Below, piece after piece: positions 1 to 12,869 of a stretch of DNA of 64,000 bases (position 1 is the first letter of the stretch; each line of letters begins with the position of its first letter). The position numbers and the translations under genes were made by a program. This DNA comes from Basidiobolus meristosporus CBS 931.73 (lineage: Eukaryota > Fungi > Basidiobolomycota): positions 1 through 64,000 of the forward strand of contig MCFE01000236.1 of NCBI GenBank assembly GCA_002104905.1, read 5' to 3'. Under the pieces are notes generated by a model. The model saw nothing but the letters and a program-made list of their open reading frames with translations, made no database searches and had not been told where the DNA came from.

Positions 1-190
1 CTATATTTCCACAAATGAATTGCTGGATTTCGCCAAATATGTAAATATAAGGTAGCATAGGTTACTGAAGTATATTGAGTACGTTTAGTGTCAAAGTGCT
101 TGGTTATCTTGGAGTAGAAAGGTTTAAAAAGGGTTCTCAGGTGATCTATTTCCTGAAGTCTTACAGATAATATATCATGCTGGTAATACT

Positions 191-2693
191 TTAGAGTTTA
201 GAAGCAGTTGCTTCCTTGCCAGCACTTTCGGTGCAACGACCCTCCTTTAGACGGGCCTCCATTTTGCTCAGCTCTTCTTTCAACTCATTCGGAAAATGTT
301 CACCAAAGATCGAGAAGTATTCCCTATTCTCCTGTACTTGATTTGCGAAAGAATCCCGATTGACGCTCAAGAGCTCTGACATCACTTCAGGGGTCGCTTC
401 TTTTTCAATTCCTGAAAGGTCTAGTGATGTGGGTTTGGGAAGATATCCAATGGCTGTTGCCTGAGCCTCAGATTCAGGGTTTTCGATGCGTTCGACAATC
501 CACTTTAGAACTCTAAATTGAGGCAAGTGTAAATAATACACGAAATATGAAAAGTAGATCGGATTCCTTCTCTGACCGTGAATTGTCCCCAAAGCCTGGC
601 CAAAGGAATTTTCCATTTGATCCTTTGCGGAACCAATTTACATGAAAGATCGCCGGAAGCTGTGTTGGATCAGGTACGGATTTTCCAAGTGTAATCCAGT
701 GCCTAGTAGAATAGAGGGCTCGATTATTGGATTCTTTCCAAGCTGTTGAAGGCTAACCACTTACTTGAAGTAGTCACCCATATTGTATCCACAGAACGGT
801 AACATTGCAAATGGATCATGCCTTACTCTCCCAATATCAGTACCTTCAGCAGCAGCCGTCTTTTCACTCGCTACACATGCTCCCAACAAGACACCATGAT
901 TCCAATTCAAAGCTTGGAACACTAGTGGGATCGTGTGCTCACGCCTACCTCCGAAAATGATAGCGGAGATGGGAACACCATTTGGGTCTTCCCAGCGTGG
1001 GTCTTTTACTGGGCATTGGGATATGGATGCCGTAAAACGTGAATTCGAATGCGCTAATGGCTCTTTGCGTACCGGTTCCACATCGCTCTTTTCCCATTCT
1101 ACACCACGCCAATCAATTATTTTACCAGAAGGAGGCTGTTTAGTCATTCCTTCCCACCAGACATCGCCATCTTCTGTCAACGCTACATTCGTGAATATGG
1201 TATTGCTGCGTATAGTTTCCATCGCATTAGGGTTGGTTGAGCTAGAAGTACCAGGTGCTACTCCGAAAAACCCAGCCTCAGGATTTATTGCATACAGACG
1301 AGAGTCCTTTTCGTTGATTCTCATCCAGGCAATATCGTCACCTATCGTTTCTATCTTCCATCCAGGTAAGGCTGGTTCCATCATTGCTAGATTAGTTTTT
1401 CCACACGCGCTAAAAGCGAATAAAGGCATCAATAACGATCCAGACCATGTCTCGTCTGTGGATTTACCTGGGGAAAGCGGCTGCAACATAATACTTCTTT
1501 CCCTCGGGGCTCGTTAATCCTAAGATTAGCATATGCTCCGCCAATGTTCCTTCGTCCCTTGACATTACTGAAGCGATACGTAGAGCGAGGCATTTTTTGC
1601 CCAATAGAGAATTGCCCCCATACCTATGTATGCACTGTAAATTTCTACTCGAAGAGACACATTGTATTTCTAAATACCCTGAACCGAAGCTCCAGATTTC
1701 TCTTGTTTCGGGGAAGTGGACTACTTTACGCTCTGGAATATTACAAGGCCAAAGAGAATCCTCTTTGCCATTTGGAAGTGGACATCCCACTGAATGTATA
1801 CATGGAACGAAGTCTCCATTATCTCCTAGCTGATCCAAAACTTTACTGCCCATACGAGTCATTATGCGCATGTTGGCCACAACAAACGGCGAATCCGTAA
1901 TTTGAACACCTATTCTCGCTAAAGGCGATCCGATGGGACCCATGCTGAACGGTATCACATACATCGTGCGCCCTTCATCACAACCATAACCTCATTAAAT
2001 CGGGATGAAGTACGAGCAGAGATCGACATGTTTTGCTTACCCTCCATGCATCCATTGAAGTTTTTCGCCAACTTGGCTCTCATGTCCTCGGGATTGACCC
2101 AATTGTTTGTGGGGCTGAAATGTGCAAGCAGATACTTTAGCGACAAGTATACAGCATATGATTCTAGGGATCTCACAAACCCAGCATCCTCTTGGTTCTT
2201 CGAGCATATAAATGTGGAATCCTCTGCTCTAGCAACATCAGCCGGATCCGTGCGAGTTAAGTATGAGTTTGGTCGTTTAGATGCATTCAATGGTATCATG
2301 ACTCCGCGCTTGACTAATGAGTCAACCAGAGTCTTATACTCTTTTTCTGAGCCATCAACCCAATGAACCTTGGACGGCTTTAGTATTCTCTCATGTTTCG
2401 AGACCCATTCTTTGAGTTTTTGATTGCCACCAGTATAGTAAGTGCGGAGAAATTTGGAATGTAGTGATCGACGACCCTGAATTCTAGTGGGCTTTGTTGA
2501 TCGAATCATCCCACAAGATAATGGTTAACAGCAGCCGCAAATCTCGATGATTAAAGGACGTACTTACCACTACTCCCCTTGGCATGCTTGAATGCAGGCT
2601 TACTGGAACGATATTCCTGGAACTTTCCTGTTACTAATGAAGGCTTCAAGATGGCATACAGAGCACCTGGAGGACCTACCTTAAACGCAGCAT
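191..2693 (-). CDS. PCK: Phosphoenolpyruvate carboxykinase, GTP-dependent type, probable mitochondrial presequence (multi-exon)
   Basis: Spliced ORFs 1955-2509, 1464-1964, 761-1489 and 191-616 give GTP-PEPCK motifs: [37 protein letters not shown]|[49 protein letters not shown]. The 5' exons were inferred from GT/AG sites: ATG at 2693, giving [34 protein letters not shown]. Confidence 0.93.
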
Positions 2694-4993
2694 TTTGGGT
2701 TTCACAGTACTGTAAATACGATAACAAACAAATGATCGTTCGAGGAGAGCAGGCTATGGCTGAACAGGTTGATATTTGTACAATAAAATGTAGACCAACT
2801 TTCTTTGCTTATGGTGACAAAGGCTCTGCGTAGTCCTGTGTCAGCCGAGATAGTGGGTTGAAAGAAAGAGGAAAGGAAGAGAGAGAGTTCTGACTTGGAT
2901 GCGTTGGCTGTGAAAGACCCGCACGACCTATTTATTCAATTATGAAAGCGAAACCCTAGCCCATTAAATCAATCGAATTCCGGAATACAAAGAATATCGG
3001 CAACCCAAGGACATGTCTCCTACCTTTCAACAGATATTTGGAGTGAATTGAATGTCTCTCTATTTTCGTTGGGCGTAAGGTTAGGAAGAAATCGGAGAAA
3101 TGCAGTGTAGATTAGGCGAGAGGCGAATTTGGCCTGATTCACCAGGGAACACAACGTGTGCGTGTGTGCGGATGCCATTTGAATGGGAGAATATCCAGCA
3201 GTGGGTTTAGGCTCAGCCTTGGGTACATTCCCGTTTTGGAGTGCAGCCACTTTGATGCACCGGATGATTCATTTCACAAGGCTACGCATCAACAGTCAGG
3301 GAAACATTGAGTGGTACATGTGAAGAATTATCACGAGGTGGGAAATAGCATTCGGACCTATGCAGTATGGTGCCTTCAAAAAATACTAATTTGAGCAGAT
3401 AATAACGGATTAAACTCAGGGGATTATCACCAATGCTCTAGTGATGTAAAAGGGGTCTGTTAGTAGCTGATGTTCAATGGATCACATCGTTGTCATATGA
3501 TTCCAAGACAGGACGATTAGTCTTTGGAATACCACAAATGAATTTGTCATATAAGGTACCGTCGAAAGGGGCTACGAGTAGGATGGCGGACGGATAGATA
3601 TTGGACTGGTCTTAATTGTGAGAAGGGATGAACAATTCTACACGGGGTGTTTCGACTGGCATAGATGAGTGGTGAGAGTATTGCCAAATCTCGCCACATT
3701 CCTTTCACGATGCGGACACCAAGCGTGTGTTGGATGACCGATGGGCCATGATTGGTAAACAAATGTCTTTATTGATCATGTCACCTTCGGAGTTCCGATT
3801 TTGTGCTTCAAAGGCCACTGATTATCTGATCCTTAGCACATTCAGGAATTCATTTTAAAAATACATAGTGCGTACCCTGCTGTTGTTCTGATTAAACCCT
3901 GGTTTCTTGGGAAATAAAAGCAGCGGTCACACCTTGGAGACACATGAAAATAGCAGATCCGCACTATTGTCTGACATCCCAAAGCAAGCCGATGTGAATG
4001 GACAAACAAGGTAGCTGATTTCAGGCATACTTCGCTCTGCAATGGAATGAATTCGCGATCGCTAGGATTTGATCCTCCTATAGGAGCCATCCTAAGGCGT
4101 CTGGTATTGACCCAATCCTCCGACATGTTAAGTGTCACGGTATTGGTAGGCTAATACTACTTCTGATCATCGACTTCGTGCAACCGGCTATGCTACTAAG
4201 GAAACTTCCATCCACAAAAGAAGTCAAAGACTGAGGGGTCTTCCCAACCCAAGCTGGATTGCATTCTTTCCCTGATGAAGCAGTCGTGCAATGGTTGATG
4301 CTAGACCACTCGTCTTACTCACCCTTCACGATACCAAGTCCAGGCTTCAAGAAGAGGGTCTACGCGGTGTCTTTTCTTGATTAACCAACACTTCCTACCC
4401 GCTTTGCTAGGTGAATCCTAGGGTTCGAGGCTGTATAGCTTCACAAAGTTTCTTTATTACGTTATATGCTGCTTTTCTCGGTGTAGATCCTAACTAGTGT
4501 TTTGTGATTCTGCGTAACCCTTGGCTGCTTGGAAATTCTATACTTGATTGTTCTTGTCAGGGTTACCTTCGCACTACGTTAAAGGGACGGTTAGCAATAA
4601 GAAAACCAAACTTGACTTGACAGACTCGAAAGCAAATAGTGCGTTTTTCACATTTATCATATATTCATTGTGGATCTGCGAAAGAGGGTACAAGTTTCAT
4701 AGTAATATTTTTCTTTTCTTTCCTACACACAACCTCTCGATACACGTTGGAGCTCGACTTTAGACTTCATCCAAGCTTTTGCCAAGAGAGATGAGACAAC
4801 AAGTTTCGCCTATTGGTTGAATTCTGGTCAAATCAATCGAATGTTTTCCGAACAGTATAATAAAATAGAAGCCCATTTCTCGGACTGGTGACGTGAATCT
4901 CGTGTATTGATGTTTATACATGAATTAATTGCTGTTTGCGCCTGATTTCTTAATATTATTTAGTTATCGTAATTCTCAACTCTAATTCTTAAA

Positions 4994-7858
4994 ATGTCTG
5001 AGCAACAGAAAGCCAAAAATTTTCGCAAACCTTCGTTGAAGACAAGTCGAAATCCGAAATTTAGAGAGCAGTCCGAAGGCTCATTCACTCCGCAGTATGA
5101 TGCCACCAGTTGGCAGAATTGGTCAGCGAAAGGGAATTCGGAAATTTCTTCGGATGAGGTTGTATCGAGCATCATCAAAAGCCAACCCGACAAGCCCGTC
5201 GAAAGTAGTCTCACCCTTCAACACGTAAATCTTCTCGAGGGTACTAACGCGAACGTTTCAGATCTGAATTCTAGAAAGGAATCTATTAAAACACCGGATG
5301 GTCCACTTAACCACGGTTATTCATCGGATCAGAAGATTAGAAACACGATGCTACTTAGCACACAAGCAGGAAGGCTATTATGCGTTTCCAACATTAGAGG
5401 TGGGGCTGTCTGACTCTACATCATACACCTTTAAAAGCGTACTAATCTCTCCACCGTTTGATCTATACAGGCAATTACTCTTTCCTTAATCAGCTAATAA
5501 AAAGCCACGAGGCTGTAGCAGTTTTACACTGTGGAGAATTCGGAATTCACGGTAACTACCTTCAGTAAAGTCTTTTTCACCCAAGGTAACCAACATGGAA
5601 ACTTTAGATACCGAGAGCTATGCTCGAATGTCAGAGAGGTAGAGAACGCCTATGTTGCGATGCTATGGCCTGACAATAGATATTAAACCATTTGTCTCCT
5701 CAGCTCCTTACGGAGCGTTATCAAGTATAGTCCGTTACTGTCCAAAGAAGACAAAGCGGAATTAAACAATCTGCCCATAGAAAGTCTGCGTAAGCAGCCA
5801 GCCTGTCTCGGGCTCTCGCAATTTCCCGCCGCACTCTCCGGTGCATTCAAATTTGATGCACCTGTCTTCACAATTCATGGTGTTCACGAAGACCCTGCTG
5901 TTCTACGCAAATTGCTTGACGAGACGATCACCATCCCACAATTACATATTTTACACTGTGGAGGTAGCAACACGCTCGAGATCGGTGGGAATAGAATCCG
6001 CTTGTTGGGAATTTCTGGCGACTATTCACCTCAACAATTATTTGCCCCCGAACGTAAAGTCCAAATCCAATTACTCTCACGTAAATGCGTGTGGTCATGT
6101 GCACTAACATTCTCTTAGGTCAAACTAGCGACTTATTCGTCAATCTTGTTCGAATTGGAAAGCTTATGGAGACCGCACAAAAGGTAATGCTACCAGAATC
6201 CCTTCATCTCACCAAGCAAGCTCACTGATTATTTTATCAGGTCTATGACCCATCTGAGGTTCGAATCCTGATGATGACGGCCTCGCCAACCAAGCATACC
6301 GTTTTAGCACAACTGGCACACACACTCAACGTAATTATATTCCCACTCGATTTCAATGCAAACCCATCTAGATATTAACCTGTCCCCAGGCGGACTACAC
6401 TATTGCCCCAGAAGAATCTGCCCAGTATTGCATAAGCTATAACGAGACATCAACCTTGTCAGATCCTAAAGCTTATCACGAGAAACTGATCAAAGCCCGC
6501 TCAGCCTTAATGGGGCTATGGGAAAAGGCACGCGTGGACATCGAGAAGGATTATAGGTAACCATCACTCCCAATACTTCGCCTGGCTCAACAGTGTGCTA
6601 ATCTTATCTCCCCATCAGCTCCCAAGAAATTCAATGGATCAAGCATGGCCTATCCGCCTTGAATGATCTTCCCGAAACCGAAAGTCTCTTGGAACGCTTT
6701 TGGGCGTTTGGGTTGCCCGAACTGACGAAGGGGTCTTTGATTTTGGACATTTCGGATGGCTTCATCGCTGCCGAAACCAAATCCACAGGTAAGTTTCGGT
6801 CACAATCTGTAGATTTCAATGTGTACTCACGCTTCCTTCAAAGGCATATATTTTGGACATCGTCTGAAGAATGCTTTCATGCTGAAGCCCAAGGATTCTG
6901 CTATTAGCAACGTTGTTACCAACGGGATTCAAAAACCAAGTAATGCGACAGCGAACCATTTAATTAACCTCTCCACATCGGCTAATGATCTATGTGCCTT
7001 CTAGTGGACAACGAGGTTTCGAAGCCGACTTTGAACCTCCAAAATGAACCCGTATCGGTTGCATCTACCGACCTTAATGGAGGCGCCCCAAAACAAGAGA
7101 ATAACGCTACAACCGAAGAGCAGAAGGGAATTTCCAGCTGGGATGATGTTGTGGCGGACGAAGTGGGTCAAATGAACTGGGATGAGCCAGTATTTGATGG
7201 GCCGATGAACTGGGATGAGGATTTGCCAGAAAACATCTCAAAAGGCCACATGATAGATTGGAGTGAAGATGTGTACGAGGAAAATGGCAGCTGGGTCGAC
7301 TTGAACCCTCCAAGTGGTACCACTGCTGCTTCTGTAGATCCCGTACCGGCAAAACTCGGCGCGGATGATGCGACGAAGAGCAACAAGCTAGGAATGGGAG
7401 CCAGCGCGAGCGTTTGGGCAGACTCGGAGACTGCAAAATCAAGCACCACATCTTCTGGGGAGCCTTACACGCTGTGGGTTGGTGGATTTAACAAAATTCC
7501 GTATACTGAAGAGGATGTGAAGAGCATCTTCGGAAGTTTGCGGAATTCAATCAGCCAAGTGAAATTGGTGCACGATCGTCACACTGGACAACAACGAGCA
7601 TTCTGCTTTGTTGATTTCAAGGATGCCGATAGCATGGAACGCGGACATAGAAAAGATGGATGTGAATGGAACAACGGCATTCTGAAGATCAACAGAGCTG
7701 AACACCGTGAACAAACCTTTAGCCGACCTCGCGTACAAGCCAACACATCCCGACGAACTGATGGACATTATGACGATACTGATCCCTCCAGGACATCATA
7801 CCGAGGACGTGGAAGATCGAGAGGTCGTGGTAGAGGTCGTAACTTCTCATTCGACTGA
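4994..7858 (+). CDS. DUF2433-family degenerate calcineurin-like phosphoesterase fused to an acidic Trp-repeat linker, RRM and RG tail (multi-exon)
   Basis: Manual splicing gives RLLCVSNIRG|NYSFLNQLIKSHEAVAVLHCGEFGIH|DTESYARMSE..KYSPLL..APVFTIHGVHEDPAVL..RLLGISG..VYDPSEVRILMMTASP..ADYTI..SYNE..LILDISDGFIAAETKSTG. This follows the fungal DUF2433 family segment by segment (recalled). The last exon has an RRM (TLWVGG; RAFCFVDF) and RGRGRSRGRGRG. Confidence 0.8.
7172..7219 (+). repeat. Direct 15-nt repeat ATGAACTGGGATGAG (MNWDE x2, 33-nt period)
   Basis: Identical copies at 7172-7186 and 7205-7219 inside the acidic linker. Confidence 0.9.
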
Positions 7859-8962
7859 AGGCTGCACACCACCTGCGTACGCATCAACCATTTTCATCGT
7901 TTCTCCTGTGTAGTTATCACTCAAATCTACGCTTATTTCGATCCTGGAGTCTGATCCTTGCAATACTTGAATTTATCAATCATTCATTAAATTTAACAAT
8001 TTTCCAACCTCGAAACGGATGAAAACACATCAATCTGACATCTACAAGAATAGATCCATTAAATTGACATGCTGTATAGGCCAGCGGTCATTCATTCATC
8101 TGGAATCATTTGTCTAACTGATCTAAATAAATCCCGACTTATTTTTACATCAAAACCCAGACGCATCGAATCCAGACCTGGAACATCAACAGTGCCACTT
8201 CGATTAGCGACTACTGCAATAACTGACCGCTCCAATGCCAAACCCAGCATGGCAAACTTCTAGCTGGTGCTCCAGCTGGGAAAGCTGGCTTTGCCACCAC
8301 CCCCAAATTGAACCAAGACCACATCTTTTTCTTGTTTGGAGCAACCAGCTGTGCTGCCCGCCATGTATTTTCGTGTAGATTTCGTGCGACCTGGAAGCCA
8401 CGTCATAAATCGCTAAGATGAATCTACCGCCGCGACATTCATGTATGGATACATTGTAAACTATAATCTACGGTAGATAACCACACCATCACAGAAATTG
8501 ACCATCGTGCTGGCACTAGTTCCGTTTTACCAATCCGACCACAACTATGCTGGCACCATGCATCTGTAGGATCTGATGCATCATTCTTTGCCTGGTACCG
8601 AATTTGACAAGGTCGATAATGGTCACTCACTACTCTAAAATAGTACCACCTCACAATAATCAGCTGTTGGCTTATGACTTGTTCCTTCATGAGACGGTCA
8701 CTAGATAAGTATGAGACATTTTGTTGTGCCATGTTGCTTGGAGCTCATTCAAATTGATCTTACATCATGGCGTCCCACAGCGGGCTCTGGTCAATGGATT
8801 CAGTCGAACTAAAACAAACAAATTGTTGGATTCTTGATTAAGCCTGACAACCAACAAAATCATGAATAGTGAATTTTTTTTAGGACTCGCGCAGCACAAA
8901 AAAAAAGTGTTCGCTTCGTTCGTGCGCATCATCATTAGTAAAAATTCGAGGGGCGAGCGCCC

Positions 8963-8970
8963 TCACGTGA
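8963..8970. promoter_or_regulatory. TCACGTGA palindromic E-box upstream of RAD23
   Basis: Exact palindrome ~75 nt upstream of the RAD23 ATG; function inferred. Confidence 0.35.
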
Positions 8971-9045
8971 TGGCACAAATACTCTATATTTGTCGAAAAG
9001 CAACTGCCAACCAATTCAACTTATTCAACTGGCACAAGGGTCGAA

Positions 9046-10555
9046 ATGAAGCTTACTATCAAGACTTTACAGCAGAAACAATTTCAAATAGAGGTGGAGC
9101 CGGAGGATACGGTAAGGAACACCTCCTCTGTGACAAACAGCTCTCCATCCTAATTTAACCACCCTCTGTTGCTGGGAATCATCAGGTCTTGACTCTGAAG
9201 GGAAAAGTTGAACAAAGCCAAGGCTACCCAGTGGCCCAACAAAAACTGATTTTTTCGGGTATTTTTCTGTTTATTATCTTGCGTTGGCGCGTTCTGGAGC
9301 TAGCTCGATAGCTTACACATTCTTTTACGTTTCGAACCGCTACAGGCAAAATTTTGGTCGATGATAAGCTAGTTTCGGAATATAACGCCACTGAACGAGA
9401 TTTCATGGTCGTCATGGTGTCAAAGGTACCGGTAAATCATAATATTCCGTTCGAATTATAGTCTTCTGGCGAACCTATGTTAATTTTACTCTAGCCCAAG
9501 GCACAAGCTACTGCGTCGAATGCTACAGCTCCCACCCCGGCCACACCCGCCCCACCTGCTGTTCCAGTTCAAACCCCCCAAGCACCTACTCGAAATACCC
9601 AGCGCCAAGCCAATACCGAAGACAAACCCGATGATACACCAGCCCCCAAGCCAGTCTCTAACAGTCAGGAGGATACTATGGTAGACGAACAATTGGGTAT
9701 GACCTTCGAGAATGTGTTTATATTGATCAATCTTAAATAACCTTCATAACGCTATAGCCACTGGCCCTGAGTATGAAGCAGCTATCTCACATATGCTGGA
9801 GATGGGATTTGAACGAGAAAAGATTACGAGGGCCATGCGCGCCAGCTTCAACAATCCTGATAGAGCCGTAGAGTACTTGATGAACGTTCGTTTGGCTTTA
9901 AGTGTTCATCGTTGATTAGTAGAGGCCTAACCAGGTGTATCTTAGGGCATTCCGGAACAGCCTCAACGCGAGAATTTGCCTACCCACCTTCGTAATGACC
10001 CTCAGATATGTGATCCCTCCTCAATGCAATTTTAACACGCTACCCATGTTTTAGGTCAACCCCAAAACCTCTTCACTGCAGCAGCTGAACATGCAGCCGC
10101 TATGGAAGACCAAGATGAGGACGATGCTGACCTTTCGTTCCTAACTGGACAGCCACAATTCCAACAGTTGCGCCAACTGGTCCACCAGAACCCCGAGCTG
10201 CTTCAGCCCTTATTACAACAACTCGGGCAAGCCAATCCCGAACTTCTGCAATTGATCAACGAAAATCAGGATACCTTCTTCCAGCTATTGAGCGCGGACA
10301 ACGACGATATGGATGACGACGAAGACTACGACCCTGAAGATCCAGAAATGCAATACATCCATATTTCTCAGCAAGAGAAAGAAGCCATAGATAGGGTAGG
10401 TCCTTGGTAGAGTGACCAGGCTTGTCACGTAGCTAATCCATTTCTATCAGCTGGTTGCTTTAGGGTTCGACCGTGAGACCGCCACCGAGGCATATTTTGC
10501 CTGTGATAAAAACGAGGAGCTAGCGGCCAATTATTTGTTTGATAGTGGATTTTAA
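9046..10555 (+). CDS. RAD23: UV excision repair protein / proteasome shuttle Rad23 (UBL-UBA-XPC-binding-UBA, multi-exon)
   Basis: [22 protein letters not shown]; QQKLIFSG; [27 protein letters not shown]; [29 protein letters not shown]; [14 protein letters not shown], then stop at 10553-10555. Confidence 0.96.
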
Positions 10556-11130
10556 ACCTCATACCTTCATAGCCACGCCACCCACCCCATTATGTAATCA
10601 TAAAACTTACCTGCAGTACGCCAATGACTTCAAGTTGAATTTTCTTCGATGTTCATCAGTGCTCACTAGTAAACGCAAGCGCCCTGCAGTTTCCCCATGC
10701 CACTGATCAATAAAATCATAGATTACTTGATTCCTAATGGATCCTGTCTGTATTTACTAGTCGATATCGAGGATCGATCGGTGTGGCCCGCCTGGGTGGT
10801 CCAACTAGGCCAATAAATTCTCAACAAATCGGCCTCTAGTTACAGTTCAGCATCAGGTATTTTTTCAAACATTTGTATTCATTTAATCCGGTCCCAAGTG
10901 GCAAACGGCCATCCTCTTGGTTGAAGAAGGATTGGATGGCAGAAAAAAACCATCATCAGCGTCCGGATCTCGAACTCACAAAACAATCTCTAATCACCCA
11001 TAAGCGTACTCCCCTCTCGATTCTGACAAATAGCACTGGTTGTTGTTCATTGGAAGAAAGCTGCTTAAGAACATGGAACATGCGTGCCCGGAACGAAAAA
11101 TCAATGAAATGGTAAAAAAAATTCGCTCGA

Positions 11131-11138
11131 TCACGTGA
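11131..11138. promoter_or_regulatory. TCACGTGA palindromic E-box upstream of RPL36
   Basis: Exact palindrome ~125 nt upstream of the RPL36 ATG, next to an A-tract; function inferred. Confidence 0.35.
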
Positions 11139-11263
11139 CACGCAAAAAAAGGCTCCCCATGGTGGTTTGGAAGCTTTATGACCATGAGTGATGCCTCGTA
11201 GATTGCTCCTTCTCTTATTTCTTCTACGACGAAACGCATTTTTCGTTTGAAGAGTTGCTAAGC

Positions 11264-11672
11264 ATGGCCGTTACTCAAAAATCTGGAATCATCCTTGGTG
11301 CTAACCATGGTCACATCACCACTCGTCGTGAATTGAAGGTCAAGCCTTCCCACAAGAAGGGTGTAAGTAGTCGTAAATCAACTTAATGGATGGATAGGCG
11401 TAGCATCCGTGGATACCCCTACCTAGATCAATTGCTAATCCCGGTCGTTTCACTCTCAGGTTGCCTCCAAGCGCGTCAAGTTCGTCCGTGAAATCGTTCG
11501 CGAAGTTGCCGGATTCGCCCCATACGAGCGTCGTATCATGGAATTGTTGAAGAACTCCAAGGATAAGCGTGCCCGTAAGCTTGCCAAGAAGAGACTTGGT
11601 ACCTTCATCCGTGCCAAGGCTAAGGTCGAGGAGATGTCAAATGTTATCGCCGAGTCTCGTCGTGCTCATTAA
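11264..11672 (+). CDS. RPL36: 60S ribosomal protein L36 (eL36), two exons; absent from ORF track
   Basis: [33 protein letters not shown]|[59 protein letters not shown]; GTAAGT...CAG intron at ~11363-11459. Confidence 0.97.
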
Positions 11673-12869
11673 TTCCTTCTCTAACCTACCCCTTCGATAC
11701 ACTTCAAATTCAAAAATAAAGAATTTCGTTCGCATTCGATACTGACCCACTACATTATACTACCAGTGGATATGTGTTATTAGCCAGCAATTTAAAGCCT
11801 CAAATGAGAAGTGATAAACGCAAGAGTTGAACCAAGATTTCTCACCATGATACACTACGAAGAGCCTGCACAATCACATCAAGAGTCCTTAAAATATCAT
11901 AATATTCCAAATCTGCATTGAAAGAATTGTTTATCACACCACAGAAATTGTTGCGCATACCTTGTGCTAGATGAAAGTGAAAATCCATATACATAGGTAT
12001 GATGTCGATCAGAGATTTGGAGTGTACCTTGCCTAATGTTTAGATAACTGTTGACTAAGTAGATCTGATCACTTCCGGATAGCGAATTTTCGTGTAGTGG
12101 TGATCCCATCCAACTTGTGAATTAGTCAATTTGTATGAATTAAGAACAAACTGATTACGCTGAGTATTTGGGAATTGCTAAGGTAGTGATAGATGATAGC
12201 CAGGGTGATTAGATTACCAAAATTTCTGTTTGATCAATTGTTTGATCGTTTATCACGACATGGTGTAATTTACTAATCGGAGATACCAAAATCAACATAA
12301 CTACGTAAATAACATCGTGGTAAACAAAGCACCCCATTATCCGGCTATCGCACATATCGGAGTTGCCAACATATGAATATGGACAGAGGGATACCATTTC
12401 AGGTGCGATATCAATATCGATTATGATCTAGGATTTCCATAAAATGTAGGGTTAAGGATAAGAGATTCCCGGCCAGCATCGATAGTAAGATTTGCAAGCA
12501 AAATAATTTTTTTATGGTGCACTTACATTAATGATCCACCAATGAGCTACCCCCATTTATCATCAATGCATCCAAAATAGGTAAATCCGCATGATGTATC
12601 TTGTTCCCATAACTAGTTAATCCACCTCACACTCCACTGTGTTGACACTTTGAAAGATAGGATAATGCATCCTTTTTAGGAAGCACGGGTTTTGCTAATC
12701 GCCAGCATCAAAAAAATTTGGTCCGCAGACTGGCACAGCTAGGATTCGAGCAGATAATGATACTAAACATGGAAATTCTAAAGTGGGTGACATTGTCCAG
12801 AGGTCACTTCCACAGCACTATAAATAAAGGGAGCGTTCATGCTTTTAGGGCATCTGTCAATCATTTACA

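Noticed and set aside
933-1900. Plus-strand ORFs 933-1517, 1544-1900 and similar ones opposite PEPCK
   Set aside because: Antisense shadows of a well-supported coding strand, with no motifs.
6255-6275. GGTTCGAATCC tRNA T-loop/B-box-like string
   Set aside because: It lies in a DUF2433 exon (EVRIL), the T-stem is imperfect, and there is no cloverleaf or A-box.
8290-8298. TTTGCCACC (Rpn4/PACE-like) upstream of RAD23
   Set aside because: A single hit ~750 nt from the ATG, with no exact copy before RPN11; Rpn4 regulation is not established for this lineage.
8095-8732. Minus-strand frames with a faint SDR-like look (GGGGKASFPSWSTS*KFAMLGLA) and ORF 8439-8732
   Set aside because: In-frame stop, no TGxxxGxG or YxxxK motif, and no coherent splice model; probably chance.
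11363-11459. RPL36 intron as a possible snoRNA host
   Set aside because: No C/D box pair with a terminal stem and no H/ACA architecture seen.
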